Below are positions 24,297 through 38,681 of a DNA stretch of 64,000 bases, in pieces (positions within the stretch are counted from its first letter, which is position 1; every line of letters begins with the position of its first letter). The notes beneath the pieces were generated by a model, which saw nothing but the letters and a program-made list of their open reading frames with translations, had not been told where the DNA came from and searched no databases. Source of the stretch: Podarcis melisellensis (Eukaryota); the NCBI GenBank assembly GCA_964234715.1, contig OZ174280.1; one strand, given 5' to 3'. A program made the translations under genes and the position numbers.

Positions 24297-25426
24297 AAAC
24301 AGTGTAGATTGAGTTCATTTTAGCTAATGAGCAAGGATAGTGACATAAACTCAAGAGATCCCTGAATTCAAACCAAACAGGGAACTCCAGTTTAATACAC
24401 ACCAGGGTTTGGGTACTAAAGCTTGAGCACAGGAGGGGCAAGGGAAACATGTGCATCCACAGCTTCATAAGCAATCATTTATGCATCTACAGACAGTCAT
24501 CTGAACATGGCTTAAGTATTAATTTGCACAGACAAAACCAGATTAGGCTGCTTTCTTTGCACAACTGCTTGGCAGTAAGAAATCACTGGAAAATTTACAA
24601 AGGAGCTTCTGAATGAGGCTCTATGGGAAGCTATTGGATATCTTTTGGTTTCGACACCTCTCGCAAATTCTCATGCCAAGAGCATCAGGAGCAAATGCCT
24701 TGTCCCATTCTACAGGAAACGAGATGACACAAGAGCACGAGTGGGCTAGGAACCGCTGTGCCCACAGCAGCTGCGAGAAACAACAGTTGCTAAAGATCCC
24801 CCAAACCTCTAGGACACATAGAACATAGTAGCATATACAAATAAGCTGAGAAATTAATTGCCACTGTTGTTACATGACCAAGGTTCAACCCTGCAGCTTC
24901 TGACCTGTGAAAACACGACAGGTTCTGCAATTTCTTAACAGTCACTAGGATGTGTGACAATAGGGCCATACAAGTGCAAACAGACACTTTAAATAATTTT
25001 AAAACTATCAAAATCGCCAGCATTTTCTACTGAAGAGTTTGTACAATATTCTTCATACAAGAACCTTTAACTTCAACCTGAAACTTTAATTAGCTCATAC
25101 CTGGAATTACTACTTCAGTAATGACTGCAGAACTGTTATATCACAAAAGTTTTAATTTTTACTTGCAAAAGTGAATGTCATGGCATCAGCAGTGACCGCT
25201 ATTCCAAGGGTATCGTGCCAACTTAACCTTTTGCTCATCTGCACATACATTTGCACACACAGTGAGACCCTCAATCATGTTTAACAAGCATTTTGTGCAA
25301 GTGCCCCTGTTGATAAGTAGGACAGGCGACTCTTGCCACACATGAACAACAGCACTGAGTCACTGCTGTTTTTACAGTGGAAAAGCAAGGTGTTATTTTA
25401 TGGGTTTTGAACATGTCTCAGCTTAC

Positions 25427-25603
25427 CAAGAGTTTGAGCAGCCAAAAACGGGATTTGTAGTAGAAGGTTTTGGTAGGGTTTATGAGAAACAACAACATAA
25501 ATCCATACAATATAAGTGGGTTTGCCTGCATAGGAACATAGGGGTGACCATATATACATGCCAGCAGACTCAGGCACCACAACGTTCCAAGAAATCCAGC
25601 AAC
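25427..25603 (-). CDS. XPR1: XPR1 exon 9 ([59 protein letters not shown])
   Basis: 177 nt, cctag acceptor, gtaagc donor; manual translation. Confidence 0.96.
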
Positions 25604-26979
25604 CTAGGCAAATGAAATAAAAACACAAACAATTCATTTGTAAAACAGCAATATATTCTCAAATCTGAACTATTTGTTCAGCACTATATTTTCATAAAGG
25701 TGAAGATTCCAGATAGTTATAACCCCTAGAAAAAAACATGGGGTCTTGTTTTTTTTAAATGTACGTAACTCACTTTATCAAACTTAAGTTACCTGACTAC
25801 ACAAAGGGTATTATGTATAACTTTTAAAGCACATGAAATTATATTGTTTTGTACACATGTAAAATTTAGATATATAAATGCCTTCTTTTTACTCAAATAA
25901 TAATTACCAGTAGAAATATTGCTAGACATGGAGCTGCAAGGTGCTGCTATGCATAGCCCCATTTTTGCCACTTGGGAAAATAGAAAGCAAACAAGTAGAA
26001 CCCATAACAGAATATTTCACTGAAAGATTCTGGCTAGCTCATTCAATTCTCCCTCTCCAATGTTTTGAATTTTCTCCAACATTTGACATTCCATACCCAC
26101 TGAGTACGCTCAGTCCTCACTGGACTGTTATTATAGGGGTTTTCAACCTTAGATACAAGTCTGCTGGTATCTCCTTCAAGTGTGTGAGTGGTGCCATCTT
26201 AGCTACACAAATAATGGCATTTGGAGAATCAAGTTCTCTATTAGAGTATAACCGGCAATGTATCCCTGGTGTGCATGTTAACTGAGTCTGTAGCTGAGAG
26301 GGCTGAAAAAACAAAAAATTGGCATCAAAGGCACGAGGCCCTAATCTTACTTTATGTGCATTTTCAGTTTCATGTTTTAATATTTAAAGGAGCTATCAGT
26401 CTGCATGCAAATCAGCAAAGCATGAAAGCTTCTGTATGCAACTGAGTGCTTGATTTGACCAGGAAGGTGTGAGTGGGAAATTTCAGAAGCTTGACCTTTG
26501 TTGCAACCCGATAAGTATTATATGTTTTTGACTGGGAATTCAAACCAACATGGCTGATTGTCTGAGACTACAATGTAGGGCTGCCACTCAGCACAGACCT
26601 CCATCCAAAAATGGGGTATAAAAGCGAACTATACTGCAGGGGTTGTTATATATTGGGCTACAACAGCAATTGATAATGCTACAGGGTTGTTAACAAAAGA
26701 AGAAGCATGCTGGATCAGGCCAAGGCTAATAATTCAGCAACCTATTCTCGCAGTGGCCAACCTTGTCACAAAGAAATTCACCACACACTACCTTGAAAAA
26801 GCATGCTTGGGTTTTAAAAGCATTATCTCCTGATGCAGAAAAGAGACAATGGATTTCCTGCAGCCTCCTGCCGGATAATGTATTTTCTATTTGGATGGTA
26901 AAAGCTTTACAATTAGGGCAGTATCTGAAGAACTACAAGTTGTCTGCATTCATAATCAAGTTCAAGAATAATATACCTA

Positions 26980-27415
26980 CCTTATTTTTCGCTCCATAGG
27001 GCGCACCTGACCATAGGGCGCACCTAGTTTTCAGAGGGGGAAATCAAGGAAAAAAATATGATCCCCCCCCCCCCAGCTCTGGGAGCAGCGGATAGGCTGC
27101 ACGCAGCCTGTGCGCTTCTCCCAGCCCTTCTCCCTGCTTTTGCGGGAGGTGGGGGAATTTCCTCACCTCCCACAGAAGCCGCACGCTCTTTAAAGGGGCT
27201 GCACGGCTTCTACTGGCTTTTCTAGGAGATGGGGGAAGGGACTGATGCGGCCAGTCATTACCTTCTCCCTCCTGGGGAAAAACTCGCAAGAGCCGCACGG
27301 AGCTTGGGGGCTTTTCCCGCCTGCCTCCCCCCTGCATTCGCTCCATAAGACGCACAAACATTTTCCCTTACTTTTTAGGAGGGAAAAGGTGCGTCCTATA
27401 GAGCGAAAAATACGG
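26980..27415. mobile_element. CCGTATTTTT-family mariner-type MITE
   Basis: TIRs ccttatttttcgctc / gagcgaaaaatacgg, TA flanks. Confidence 0.82.
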
Positions 27416-27568
27416 TAACTATATTCCTGACAAAGTGTCCTGTGAAAATTGACACTAGAAAGGTAATCTGTTTTGAAGATGATAGATCAGGACGATCAAA
27501 CAACAGCAAGGGGGATAACAACATCTACTGCTAATTAGGGGGCTCCGACACCCTATTGTACTACTTAC

Positions 27569-27756
27569 CTCAAAGAGATGTTGATGGGACAAATTACTGC
27601 GAGGGTTGAGCTCAAAGATGAGGACATGATTCACTCCAGCTTGCCTCCAGCCGTATGTGTTAATCCCAAGGAGAAAGAGGAATTCTATCAGGAGAAAGCC
27701 ACCGCGATAGATTCTTATGAGTGGCCACACGTTCAATGCTTTCAGAAAAATTACAC
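27569..27756 (-). CDS. XPR1: XPR1 exon 8 ([62 protein letters not shown])
   Basis: 188 nt, gacag acceptor, gtaagt donor. Confidence 0.96.
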
Positions 27757-29619
27757 CTGTCAAGGAGAAGATTCAAATCAAACACATGCAGAATGGACCG
27801 CTCACGGGAGACAGTCAATTTTCTGCTCCATCGCGATAAAAAAACATACTCCTCATCTGGACTTAAAATATCAGCAAATGGCTGTGCATGACACCACACA
27901 ACCTAACCACTGATCAGAATCCAATGCCCAAATACTATGCCTAAAATTAGGACATCTGAAATTTTGGGCCCAGAAAACCCACATTCTGGGATAAATTACC
28001 TTTAATGGGCATACCTGCAGAAACTTAAGCAAGTTGAAATTAACAGCTTTTGTCACACCAGACTTACAAAAGGAGGAAGCTGCAGAGAAGTTTGTACAAG
28101 GCTAAAAAGGGAGGCCATGGACAGATTTAGTTTAGAAAATAAAGAGGGATCTACTCAAGTCAGTAGTTCCTGTTTTAAATACTATAGTTGGTGAAGATTC
28201 CCAAGCAGCCTGGGCTCAAAATGTTCTTGATAAGGTCCAAGGTGGACTCACTAGGAATGAGGCATTTGCAAAAAGTGCTCATCCCCTAATGCAGAACCTA
28301 TACTAACACAGCAAGGTTGAGTGCATTTCTGGGACTCATGAGCCTTTCATCACAATGTATGTGGAAGGCAGGGCACAAAGTACAAGTGGAGCAGAGTTAT
28401 GCAGAGGGCTACAACCAGTCAAACAAGCAATTTGCTAACTGGAGGAAAACACTTTTAAAAGGAGTGGCATGTCCTGGCCTATGTAGGAAGCTTCATTATC
28501 CTGATTGGGTCTGCCTTTCCCTGCTTCATTTGCTCCTATGTACTGTGAACACTTGCATGTGTAAATGGGCCCCCACAGATAATCTCTTTTCCTGCACCTT
28601 CAGCCACTAATCTTTGCTTCCCCTCCTCCTTTCCCCTTCTCTTTATTGCTTTTTGAGCTTCTGTATAATCATCTTTTTATTCTTCCATTTCTCTTTTAAA
28701 AAAGAAGAAAAATGCATGAGTGAGAGGGCTTCTAATAAATTGAATTAATTTAGTGTGATTTAGATTTCTCATGGCCGGCATAAAGTTCTTGAAGCACTTT
28801 AATGTTATCTCTTCAGTTGTAAAATTTAAAACAGCAGTGAGAAAAACTGTTCATCTGATTTTGAGATCTACCATGCCAAGCAGTATAAAGGATGAGTTCT
28901 TGAAAGACAAATGAACATTATTTCAGACATCAAAAGGATGAAGAAGTAAGAACAGATCAGAATGCTAAATACGAGCATAGAAAGCATGGTAGCAATTATC
29001 AAATATTAAGTGCAAAAAGAATTCAGCACACTTTAGACTCTTATAAAGAGATTCTCTGGCACACAGTTACAAACTGCCACAATCTTTTCTAGAAAGTTGA
29101 AAAACCCTATTTTACACCTAAATTGATTCCGCACCCCCACCTCAGAAGGGCAAATGAAGAACTAAATCAAACAGAAGCTACATAAGATGATACTCTAGAG
29201 CCTTTTCAACAAATTAAAAATAAATTGACAGACCTAGATGACATCTGCCCAATAATTCTGAAAGAAAGCCCCATATGTAGACTTTCAAACAATGTTATGT
29301 GGTTACGCGAAAGCATTCTACACGTGATCAAAGGCACTATTTAAAAGTTAGTTAGCAATTCCAGAGTTGAGCCCTGGCATAGAAAAGTTGTTGAACTTAT
29401 TTCGGGTAAGCTCAAGTGAAAACCCTGCAGTCCCCAGATCCATCTTTAACTAGTAGACTGAAAGGGTTTTGGGGATGAGGAGAATATGGCAGTATATCAC
29501 CCGGAGAGACTGGTCTTTGCAATCAATGCCTGCTTTCTCACAGAAAATTGATTTTAATTAATTTTTATAATTGAAATATTTTTAGAATGTGTGATTATTT
29601 GACTGTTTGATTATTTGAT

Positions 29620-29675
29620 TGTTATTAGCCCCCCTGAGCCCGGCTTCGGCTGGGGAGGGCGGGATATAAATAAAA

Positions 29676-29729
<54 letters not shown>
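29620..29729 (+). repeat. L2-type 3' end with (TTA)n microsatellite tail
   Basis: gggcgggatataaataaaat followed by about 17 TTA units. Confidence 0.75.
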
Positions 29730-30315
29730 GTGTAACTTTGAAATCATTTTTAGTATCAATGTTTGATTGTGAGGATTATGCCACCACAAGCCTCATTTGG
29801 GATACAAGCCTGTCCCCTTTCTGAACGCTTAAAGTGTTCTTTCAAGTTTCAACTATGCAAATTAACACAAATAGACAGATGGTTCTAAATACATCCAGAA
29901 CTAACAAGAGCTACATGATATGAAAAGATCAATGAACACATGTTTCACAAGGCCACTGACAAATATGCAAAGTGAAAATAGAAATTTTTGATTGCAAAAT
30001 AGAGAGGAACAAGTATGAAATGGGGTATTGAATATATTGGATTAAATATATTGCTTTATGCTCTATGCACATTAAAGTGCCTAAAAATCAGGAGGTACTA
30101 TACAAAAAAAACCTACAATATGCATATTAGCATATTCAGTGAATTGTTTAGCTAGACATTTCAAGTCATGTTAAAATGGCACTGATGAAAATGTGATACT
30201 AGGTCCAATTTGCACAAAATATGTGGAATAATGAGAATATTTTAACTTCAAGAATTTGGTGAAAAGTACTCAAAGACAAGCAATTGCCTGTGAATTTCGG
30301 AGAACAAACTAATTA

Positions 30316-31128
30316 CAGTGGTGCCTTGCAAGACGAAATTAATTCGTTCCGCAAGTTTTTTCGTCTTGCGAGTTTTTCGTCTTGCGAAGCACGGTTTCCC
30401 ATAGGAATGCATTGAAAATCAATCAATGCATTCCTATGGAAACCGCCTTCAGACCAGGTCCGGGGACAGTCTGTCCCCCGACCTCTTCTGAAGGCTGGGG
30501 GGGGGGACAAGGGCTTTTCTTCCTACCCCCAGCATTTTAAAAAACCCCGGGACAGCAGAGGACTTCTCCGCTGTCCCGGGGCGATTTTAAAGCCCCCGGG
30601 AAAGCAGGCGGGGGGAGCAAAGACTTTCGCCCCCCGCCAGCCTTCAGAAGAGGTCCAGGACCTCTTCTGAAGGCCGGCGGGGGGGCGAAAGTCTTTGCTC
30701 CCCCCCACCTGCCTTCAAAAGCCGTCCGGGATAGCGGAGAAATGCGCTGTGTTTCTCCGCTCTCCCGGGAAGGCAGGCAGGGGGGAGCAAAGACCAGGGT
30801 CCAGGACCGCCTGCCTTCAAAAGCCGTCCGGGATAGCGGGAAGCACTTCCCTGCTATCCCGGACCGCTTTTAAAATGCTGGCGGTGGGGAGCAAAGCCTT
30901 TCGGCCCCCGTCGGCCTTCCTGGACCTCTTCTGAAGGCCGGGGGGGGGAAGGCTTTGCTCCCCACCGCTAGCATTTAAAAGAGGTCCCCGGAGATTTCCC
31001 TATGGGCTTTCTTCTTGCGAAGCAAGCCCATAGGGAAATTCGTCTTGCGAAGCAACTCACAAACGGAAAACCCTTTCGTCTTGCGGGTTTTTCGTCTTGC
31101 GAGGCATTCGTCTTGCGGGGCACCACTG
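30316..31128. mobile_element. CAGTGGTGCC-family MITE with GC-rich internal repeats
   Basis: Both TIRs and TA TSD; internal palindromic ccttcagaag / cttctgaagg units. Confidence 0.87.
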
Positions 31129-31401
31129 TATACACAAGACCCCCCGCCCCCAAGACTTCTGTCTTTTGTCGATGTCTCTCCCCGCTGTCCAACACAGCAA
31201 GATCCACAGAAATCTGACATGGTTCCTAATAGTTCCTAGCAGTCCCAATGATCCTAGTAATCACAAGCACAGAAAGCTTTGCCAGAAGTTGAAGCTATAT
31301 CAAATAATAAATAACATTCACTTATGGTGAAATTAATCACCACATGATTAGGTCATTCAAATTCACCCATGGATCCAGGCTGCAAGTGTAGGATGACTAA
31401 C

Positions 31402-31483
31402 CTGAAATGATGACTGTAACATTCAACACGATGAATATTCCACAGAATAACCCGACCCTAAAGGTGGTCCATGCTGGTGCAGG
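31402..31483 (-). CDS. XPR1: XPR1 exon 7 ([27 protein letters not shown])
   Basis: 82 nt, ctgcag acceptor, gttagt donor. Confidence 0.96.
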
Positions 31484-31769
31484 CTGCAGATACAAGAGAA
31501 AGTTGGTTTAAACAAAATCATATTCTTGTCAGCTAAATTAAACTGTGCTGCTGGGTTGTTGATCCTCACAAAATCAATAGTATCTCAGAATTTATAACTC
31601 TAAACTCCTCTTGGTTTGGTTTGTTTTTAAGACAGATTCCATACTGTCAACTGAGCGGGAGATGAGGGGTCAAGAAACACACACTCATTTGTTCAATCAC
31701 TACTTATCGTTCTCTGACATAAAACAGCATACGGACACATCCACACAAGTGTACGAAGCTCTGATTGGT

Positions 31770-32012
31770 GAAGAAGAGTTTGGATTTGATATCCCGCCTT
31801 TCACTCCCTTTAAGGAGTCTCAAAGTGGCTAACATTCTCCTTTCCCTTCCTCCCCCACAAGAAATACTCTGTGAGGTGAGTGAGGCTGAGAGACTTCAGA
31901 GAAGTGTGACTAGCCCAAGGTCACCCAGCAGCTGCATGTGGAGGAGCGGGGACGCGAACCCGGTTCACCAGATTACGAGTCCAGCGCTCTTAACCACTAC
32001 ACCACACTGGCT
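31770..32012 (-). mobile_element. Squam3-type tRNA-derived SINE
   Basis: Head agccagtgtggtgtagtggttaagagc with B-box ggttcgcgtccc; CTT tail. Confidence 0.75.
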
Positions 32013-32985
32013 GCTGAGCAGGCAGCATGTTTTATCTTTATAATGCAATGTCAGGCAACCGACTCCAGGTATTGTAGAAGATGAAACAAGGTGGCTCCCC
32101 AGAACTAAGCACCTACCTTGCTGGGAGGCAAGCATGCCAACTCAAGGGGGCAGAGGTGTATTTCGCCCCCTCAATATTTGTCTGAAAGGCTCCTCCCCAA
32201 TACTGAGGGGGACCAGTATAATGTTGTGGAAGGCTGAACCGGCCTGCGCCGTGTTGGGAGACGCCGTGGGAACTGGCGCGCCTGGCATGAGGCCACACAG
32301 CCCTGCACAGTGTATCCCAGCGCTGCAGGGACCAGTGCAGACTAACAGAAGGCTACATTGGCCTGTGCAGTGTTAGAAGACGGGCGTGATGGGAGCCACC
32401 AGCCCCTCAATCTTGGGGTGCCACTGCTGGGAGAGGGTGACTGGTCACTGCAACGCTGCCAGGAGCAGTTCCCATGTCTCTGGAGAGCCCACTGCAGAAC
32501 AGCTGGGGGGAAATGTTGGTGGAGCTCTGGCAAGACATTAACCCCTAGGGACCCAGTCTTTGCCCAACACCAGCCCAAATGAGCCTTTTGTCTGTGTCTC
32601 AGAATGAGTGACGTGTCTAATTAGGAGACGGCTCCATCAAGGCCTCTGGTACGCTTCATGCTGGTGGGAGTTCTCGAGCTCTTTGCTTTAACATGTGAGC
32701 TTGAATGAAAATAAGCAGCAAGAATGCGGAGCAAAATCCGCCCTTGAAACTGGAGAGCACACGAAGGTCAGACAAAAAGCTTCCAGGCTTTAAAACCACA
32801 TGCAACTTTCTCTCGATTTGGGGACACTTTACTCTCCCATTATACACTAATAGCTGCATTGTCCTCTCCCAGTCCTCCGAAGCCAAAATCAGAAATACAG
32901 AAGTGGAAATGGAAGACTTTGCCCATGCCAGTTCTTATAACTGCATATGCTCGCCCTGTCACACCAAAAGGCTAAAATGCAGTTG

Positions 32986-33036
<51 letters not shown>

Positions 33037-33083
33037 TATTACTTATACCCTGCCCATCTGGCTGGGCCTTCCCCAGCCACTCT
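32986..33083 (-). repeat. (TAA)n microsatellite plus short L2 3' remnant
   Basis: About 16 TAA units, then ttataccctgcccatctggctggg. Confidence 0.8.
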
Positions 33084-33107
33084 TAAACCCAGCTAATTTT
33101 TCATCAC

Positions 33108-33191
33108 CTGTGCAGCTCCCAGTGGTGGAACACGTAACCGCTTCATAGCCTTCTGTCGGTCTCCATCTTCCAATTCGTTAGTCACCACTGT
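33108..33191 (-). CDS. XPR1: XPR1 exon 6 ([28 protein letters not shown])
   Basis: 84 nt, tttag acceptor, gtgatg donor. Confidence 0.97.
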
Positions 33192-33478
33192 CTAAAGAAC
33201 CAAATAAACAAATAATCAATCATGCCTCAATTCAAGACCTGCCCATTAAAAGATGTTTGGCAGAAGGAAAACACATTCAATAACTCAGTTGCTATCAATG
33301 ATCACAAAAGCAGGACATATTTAAAGGTACCAGTTCTTTGGTTTGTTCAGATATACCACATTGTTACCATAAGCTGGTTAGCAGCATTTCGAGAAGATAG
33401 AAACGCTATCCCCAATAGCGAATACCCAAGTGAATTTTGTCTAAGGATAGGTGAAACAAACAGGCCAATGTACTCTAC

Positions 33479-33628
33479 CTCTGTTTCAGAGATGAGCTGG
33501 TTGATTTTTTTGCAAGTATAAAACGGTGCCACTTCAACGTGTGCGACTCTCCAATCTGCACCTCGGGGGGTCTCCAGGATCTTGTCATGTTTCTTGAGGA
33601 TTTTACGGAATCCTGTGAAGTTTAGGTT
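33479..33628 (-). CDS. XPR1: XPR1 exon 5 ([50 protein letters not shown])
   Basis: 150 nt; SPX lysine cluster RKILKKHDK; tttag acceptor, gtagag donor. Confidence 0.97.
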
Positions 33629-34974
33629 CTAAAGATACAGAAAAATCCACCGCCACATTATTTTCTTTCAATCTTTACAACATTAACTTTGATTTGAGAT
33701 CAGAGAACAGGAGAAGTGAATCAATCTTCTTGGGGGGGGAAGCATTTAAATGCCATAGTTTGTACAGACTGAAGCTTGGCAGAAAATAACAAATGCAGTT
33801 AAATTTAATATTCTGTCCTGTTGTAGGAAGCAAGTCTTTTCATTTATTGACATCAAAAGGAGTCTACACTCAGTAACAGAATGAAATTAAAGACCATCCT
33901 AATATTTCCAGATAATAAGCTAGGCATAAATTGTGAAGGAGTGCCTAATTCAGATTAAATGACACATCTCTGCTACTGAAGCCATTAGTGGTTTTTTTGC
34001 TAATTCTTAAGAAATCAGCTTTAAAAGAAATATCCATTAATGCCCATTGGGGTTGTCTTCGTAAGCAAAACACTGCATCACGCACATCATGTTTTTAAAT
34101 TAAGAGTAATCTTTGGCTATAACCTCTATTTGGTTGCCTAACAAAATATGATTGGTAAATTAGAATAATCAAGTTTGCCTGAAGGCCAAACCCTGTTCTC
34201 CAGAAACCCTTTAATCCAGAAGGGGTGGCCTTGGTTACCATGGGCTGTTCAACATATTAAATGGAAAACAAACCAGGGTTTGCAAACAAGCATTTACTCC
34301 CAGCTCACTGAAGAGTGTACCTGTATCATATATCAAAGGACCACAGTGCAGAGGTAGAGCATCTGCTCTGCATGCAGAACCTTTCAGGTGAAATCCCTGG
34401 AACCTCCAACTAGATAAACTAATGTGTCTAGATAAACTGCATGTCTTCTGGAATGCTTGTGTCTCACAGTTTTGTTTTTGGGTGTACATCTTAATATCTT
34501 CAACATACACCCCAAAATAAGTAAAGAGTCTCAAATGGCTCTTAATGGGAAAGCCACTCCAAATTCCAGGCATCCAGATATGCTGTACTGCAGAGCATGC
34601 ACATTTCTAAAAACTAGAAGATATCTATGGCTTTTGCCCTCTTTGCTATCTGCTGCCAAATATATCAAGACTGTTTACTGAAGATTTCTTTACTTGGATT
34701 GTGGCTGAAAACTATAAACACCAGAGACTAAAAATAAGAATACATAGTGACATCTAATCTGCATAGCTATTCAGTGCTTAATTAAATCTGAACCAGTTGT
34801 TTTTGTTCAATTTAGAAAGGAAAAAAAAAGCATTGTTTACAAATTCAGTCTTCCAAGTCAAAGGACATTTAGAACAGCTGGCGCTGAGAAAAAGCAAATG
34901 CAAGACTAAATACTTAGGATATGTATGTCTTGTTTAGTTCATGCTCAGGGGTGTTAGAGGACCAGTAGTACCTC

Positions 34975-35613
34975 TAGTGGAGCACACGTTTTGTTACTTC
35001 TGGGGTAGTATGTCCACCTTTGGTCTCCACCCTACACTCAGCTGGGGCTCCTAGAAGCTGTCAGCATACGGCAGCAGTCACATCATAGGACACTGCTTCA
35101 ACTGGCCAACTAAACCAGGTTAAGTTTTTTGATGGGTCTCAAACTCTCAGTGAGTTATGGACTTGCCCTGCATGCAAAGACAGACTCCGGTGGATTGAGC
35201 GAGCGAGACCAATAATGGGTCCAACAGTCAAGAAGGCAGTTTCTGAACATGCTGTGGAGGGAGGTGAGTGGCAGGTGGGGCTTGTCCACGTGGAGAGGTA
35301 GCCCATCTAGGAGAAGGAAAACTCTGATCCGAAACATCTGCTGCCTTGCAGGATATCTTTGGAAGAAGGAAAGGCTAAGGAGTAAAACCTACACCAATCT
35401 GGAGTAGAGTCCCTAAGATGGTTGCATGGAGTCTTGTATGCCTCCTTCCGGCAACTCCTGCTAATGAAGCCCAGAGTGGGGTCTTGTGGTCTGGGCAGTC
35501 CAGGATCTCCATACACACCGCCCAGGCTTATGCCCTGAGGAAGTCACTTTGGTGCGGCTAACACAGCAGTTTGAGGTGCACACCATTATCTCTCAAGACA
35601 GACAGATGAAAAC
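34975..35613 (+). mobile_element. Non-autonomous RTE-related retroposon
   Basis: ggagaaggaaaactctgatc motif; an inverted sister copy lies at 48943-49380. Confidence 0.55.
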
Positions 35614-37235
35614 AAGTTTGTGTTCTTGTAGTATCTGAGACTGAGCTGAACTGCTGAAAGGTACAAAGATGAACCACTACAGAGCTTTTATGCCATAGCA
35701 TATTTCTCTCCCCACCCTCTTTCTGTGTGTATATGTACTGTATATATATTCTGTTGTATAAAAGTTTCTTTTTAACCATGCATCCATAGATTGGTAATAA
35801 TTATGCTGAAAAAATGATTCCATTTAATGCAGCCACACAAATTCAAGACCAAATTTGAAAGCAAACAAAGAACAGCAGAATACCGTGCCTATGGGAGAGG
35901 TTATAAGATTTCAGCTCAGCTGAAATGTTTTCCAATTTAATTATGCCTGGAGTGATTTAATATTGGAGCTTCGTAGTATGGAAAGGAAGGAAGAGGACAG
36001 GGATATGGGAACAGGAAGCCAATGCATTAATGATCTATATTACTGCCAATGAGAAACCTTAATTACTTTCTCTTGAAGGAACCCAGCATTTCCCTCCCTT
36101 GGGGTAGTTGTGACTTGTTTCATAAAACTAAAATGGAAAATGGAAGCAAAATCATGATTTTGGCCATAGATTTCTCTGTGACAAGTAATTTTGCTTGATG
36201 TGGGAGTAATTATAGCTTTTTTACATGTCACAAGAATCTGAAGCTATTGTGAAGCCTATAGTGAAGCTATTGTTAAATCATCATTTGTATTTGAATTCTT
36301 GCAAGTGTCTTTTTACTACAATTGCACTCCACCTGAAATAAAGAGTTCAACACAGAGAATATCAATCTTAAACATTTCAGAAAGAGGAGAAATGAGAGCA
36401 GAAATGGTTCTGGGAGCAGTCACAGGGCTGTTTATATAGCACCAAACCATGGTTTGGCATGCTGTCTAAGTGACCCAATTCTAAAAAGCCATTTGGTAGC
36501 CCAGGTGTTGCCCTCCAGATGTTGTAGGACTACAACTCCCATTATCCCTGACCACTGACCAAACTGGCTGGGGAGTGGGAGTTCAACCATATCAAGAGGG
36601 CACCACACTGAATATACCTGTGTTTCAGTGTCAGTAACAAATTCTGCTGTCTACTATCCACATTTAGATTATAACCCACAAGGCAGGACCCCATTTTCAT
36701 CTTATTTTGTAAAATCAAAGTGACAATAATAGCACTATATGTGTATTTTAGCTAGTTTGACATAGTCTTTCCAATGCCCTCCGTTCCTAACAGACATCCA
36801 TAAGCCGACACTGGCCAACTGCTAGTGCCCCCAACACTCTGGCAAAAAGAGTGCCCAGTGGCACATATCCCCTGGGTCCCTTAAATGCCCCAGAGAAAAT
36901 GCAACACATGATGACATATGGTCGTTTTAAGGGAACTGTACAGAGAAAATATGGCTGCCCCCATTGTTTTCCAGGGATATTTTGAGGTTCTGCTTTTAAA
37001 GTGTATGGCACAAAACAAAGACAGACCCAGCTACCTCACCTAATAGTAAGTAGTCCCCCCTCCACACACAACATTCATCCCCCTCCCAATCCCTGAAAGG
37101 TTATTGATTTAATGCTTGGTGTACAATTATCAGCCACTTACATGAAGCTATGCTGATGGAGGAAGTAAATTAGATAAGGGTTGTCAATTCTCAATAGCTC
37201 CCTCCCACTTATCCTTTATTTTAAGAAACAAAGTA

Positions 37236-37612
37236 CCGTATTTTTCGCCCTATAGGACACACTTTTCCCCCTCCAAAAATGAAGGGGAAATGTGTGTGCG
37301 TCCTATGGCACCGACCCCACACACATTTCCCCTTCCCCTGCTTGCGAAGAGTTGCCTGCATACCGAAGCCTGCGCGCGCTGAGCTCAGCGCGTCCAGGCT
37401 TCGCGGACCTCTCCGCAAGCAGCGGGAGCCAGCGCTGGGCTCCCACAGCTTGCAGAGAGCTGCCTGTTTGGGGGCTGGGGTCGGGGGAAGCTCGGGCCTC
37501 CCCTGCCCCAGCCCCGCGCCTGGGGGGAAAATAATTTTTTCCCCTTTATTTCCCCCCAAAAAAACTAGGTGCGCCTTATGGGATGGTGCGTCCTATAGGG
37601 CGAAAAATATGG
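37236..37612. mobile_element. CCGTATTTTT-family mariner-type MITE
   Basis: TIRs ccgtatttttcgccctataggac / gtcctatagggcgaaaaatatgg, TA flanks. Confidence 0.85.
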
Positions 37613-38291
37613 TACACCAATATGTTGTTCTAGTCTTAGGAAGGAGCCGATGGAACAGGTCACTATCACAGCACCAAGGACAGCTCCTAGTGATAAACTT
37701 GCTCCAACAAGAGTGGAATGTGAACTGAGGCCTTGTGAGCTCTGGCTCCAATCCATCTCTCCTCCTTTTTGAGAACTAGAGTCTGGCCTGAAGACAGGCA
37801 ATTTTCTTGCACTCTATGACATCTCACCTAGTGCACTCACTGCACCATTGGACAAAAAACGGTAGCATGGGAGATGCTTGGAAGGCACCCATAAGGGTCC
37901 TGGCTTTGGTTCTATAGGCCCTGATGCTGTGGTAGCTGGGCCAGTAAGCTCCTGCCTGCCAGCCTTGGGTTCAGTGGTCCCCTGATCACCAGCATCCAGT
38001 TCAGAGTCAGGAAATCTGTCTGGCTTCTTAGCAGTTGATAATGTAGCCTCAAACTCTGCCTGATTAACAGGGCCATGACAATCAATTGAAGTCTGGGACA
38101 TGGTTGAGCGCTTGCTTTTCTCTCTATGCAATGGCTTCTACCACAGTAATATATTGGAGTGAATGCCATTATTTCTTCCACATTCCTGAAGGGCTTTCAT
38201 TGATTCTTAAGGGGAAAGTAAATCACTGTGCTAGAAGACAATGCTGTAGTGGATATAAAATTTGCTTATCCCAACTTTGGATGCTATAGCC

Positions 38292-38429
38292 CAGCCTTTC
38301 TCAACCTGTGGGTTACCAGATGTTGTTGAACTACAACTCCCATCACCCCTAGCTAGCAAGGCCAGAGCTCAGGGATGATGGGAGTTGTAGTCCAACAACA
38401 TCTGGGGACCCACAGGTTGAGAACTGCTG
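38292..38429. mobile_element. hAT (Charlie/URR1-like) palindromic MITE
   Basis: Near-perfect hairpin with aactacaactcccatca; 8-bp TSD ctatagcc. Confidence 0.87.
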
Positions 38430-38681
38430 CTATAGCCACTAATAATGGGGACCCCATGGGGGAATAATGCCTATCTGCCATCTTGTGAAAGCAATCCCAG
38501 GCTTGCAAGGAACAGAGCAGCTCATTTTTCATGCTCCCCACCAATACCAATGCAAATGTGCCGCCCACTGTTCCTTCTCAGACTGCATTGAATTTGTAAG
38601 AGGAGAAGACAGGACCAACAAGACAAGCCCAGCACTGAAGTGCAACTCCTTATACTGGATGGGTTATTACTGCTTGAGTAA

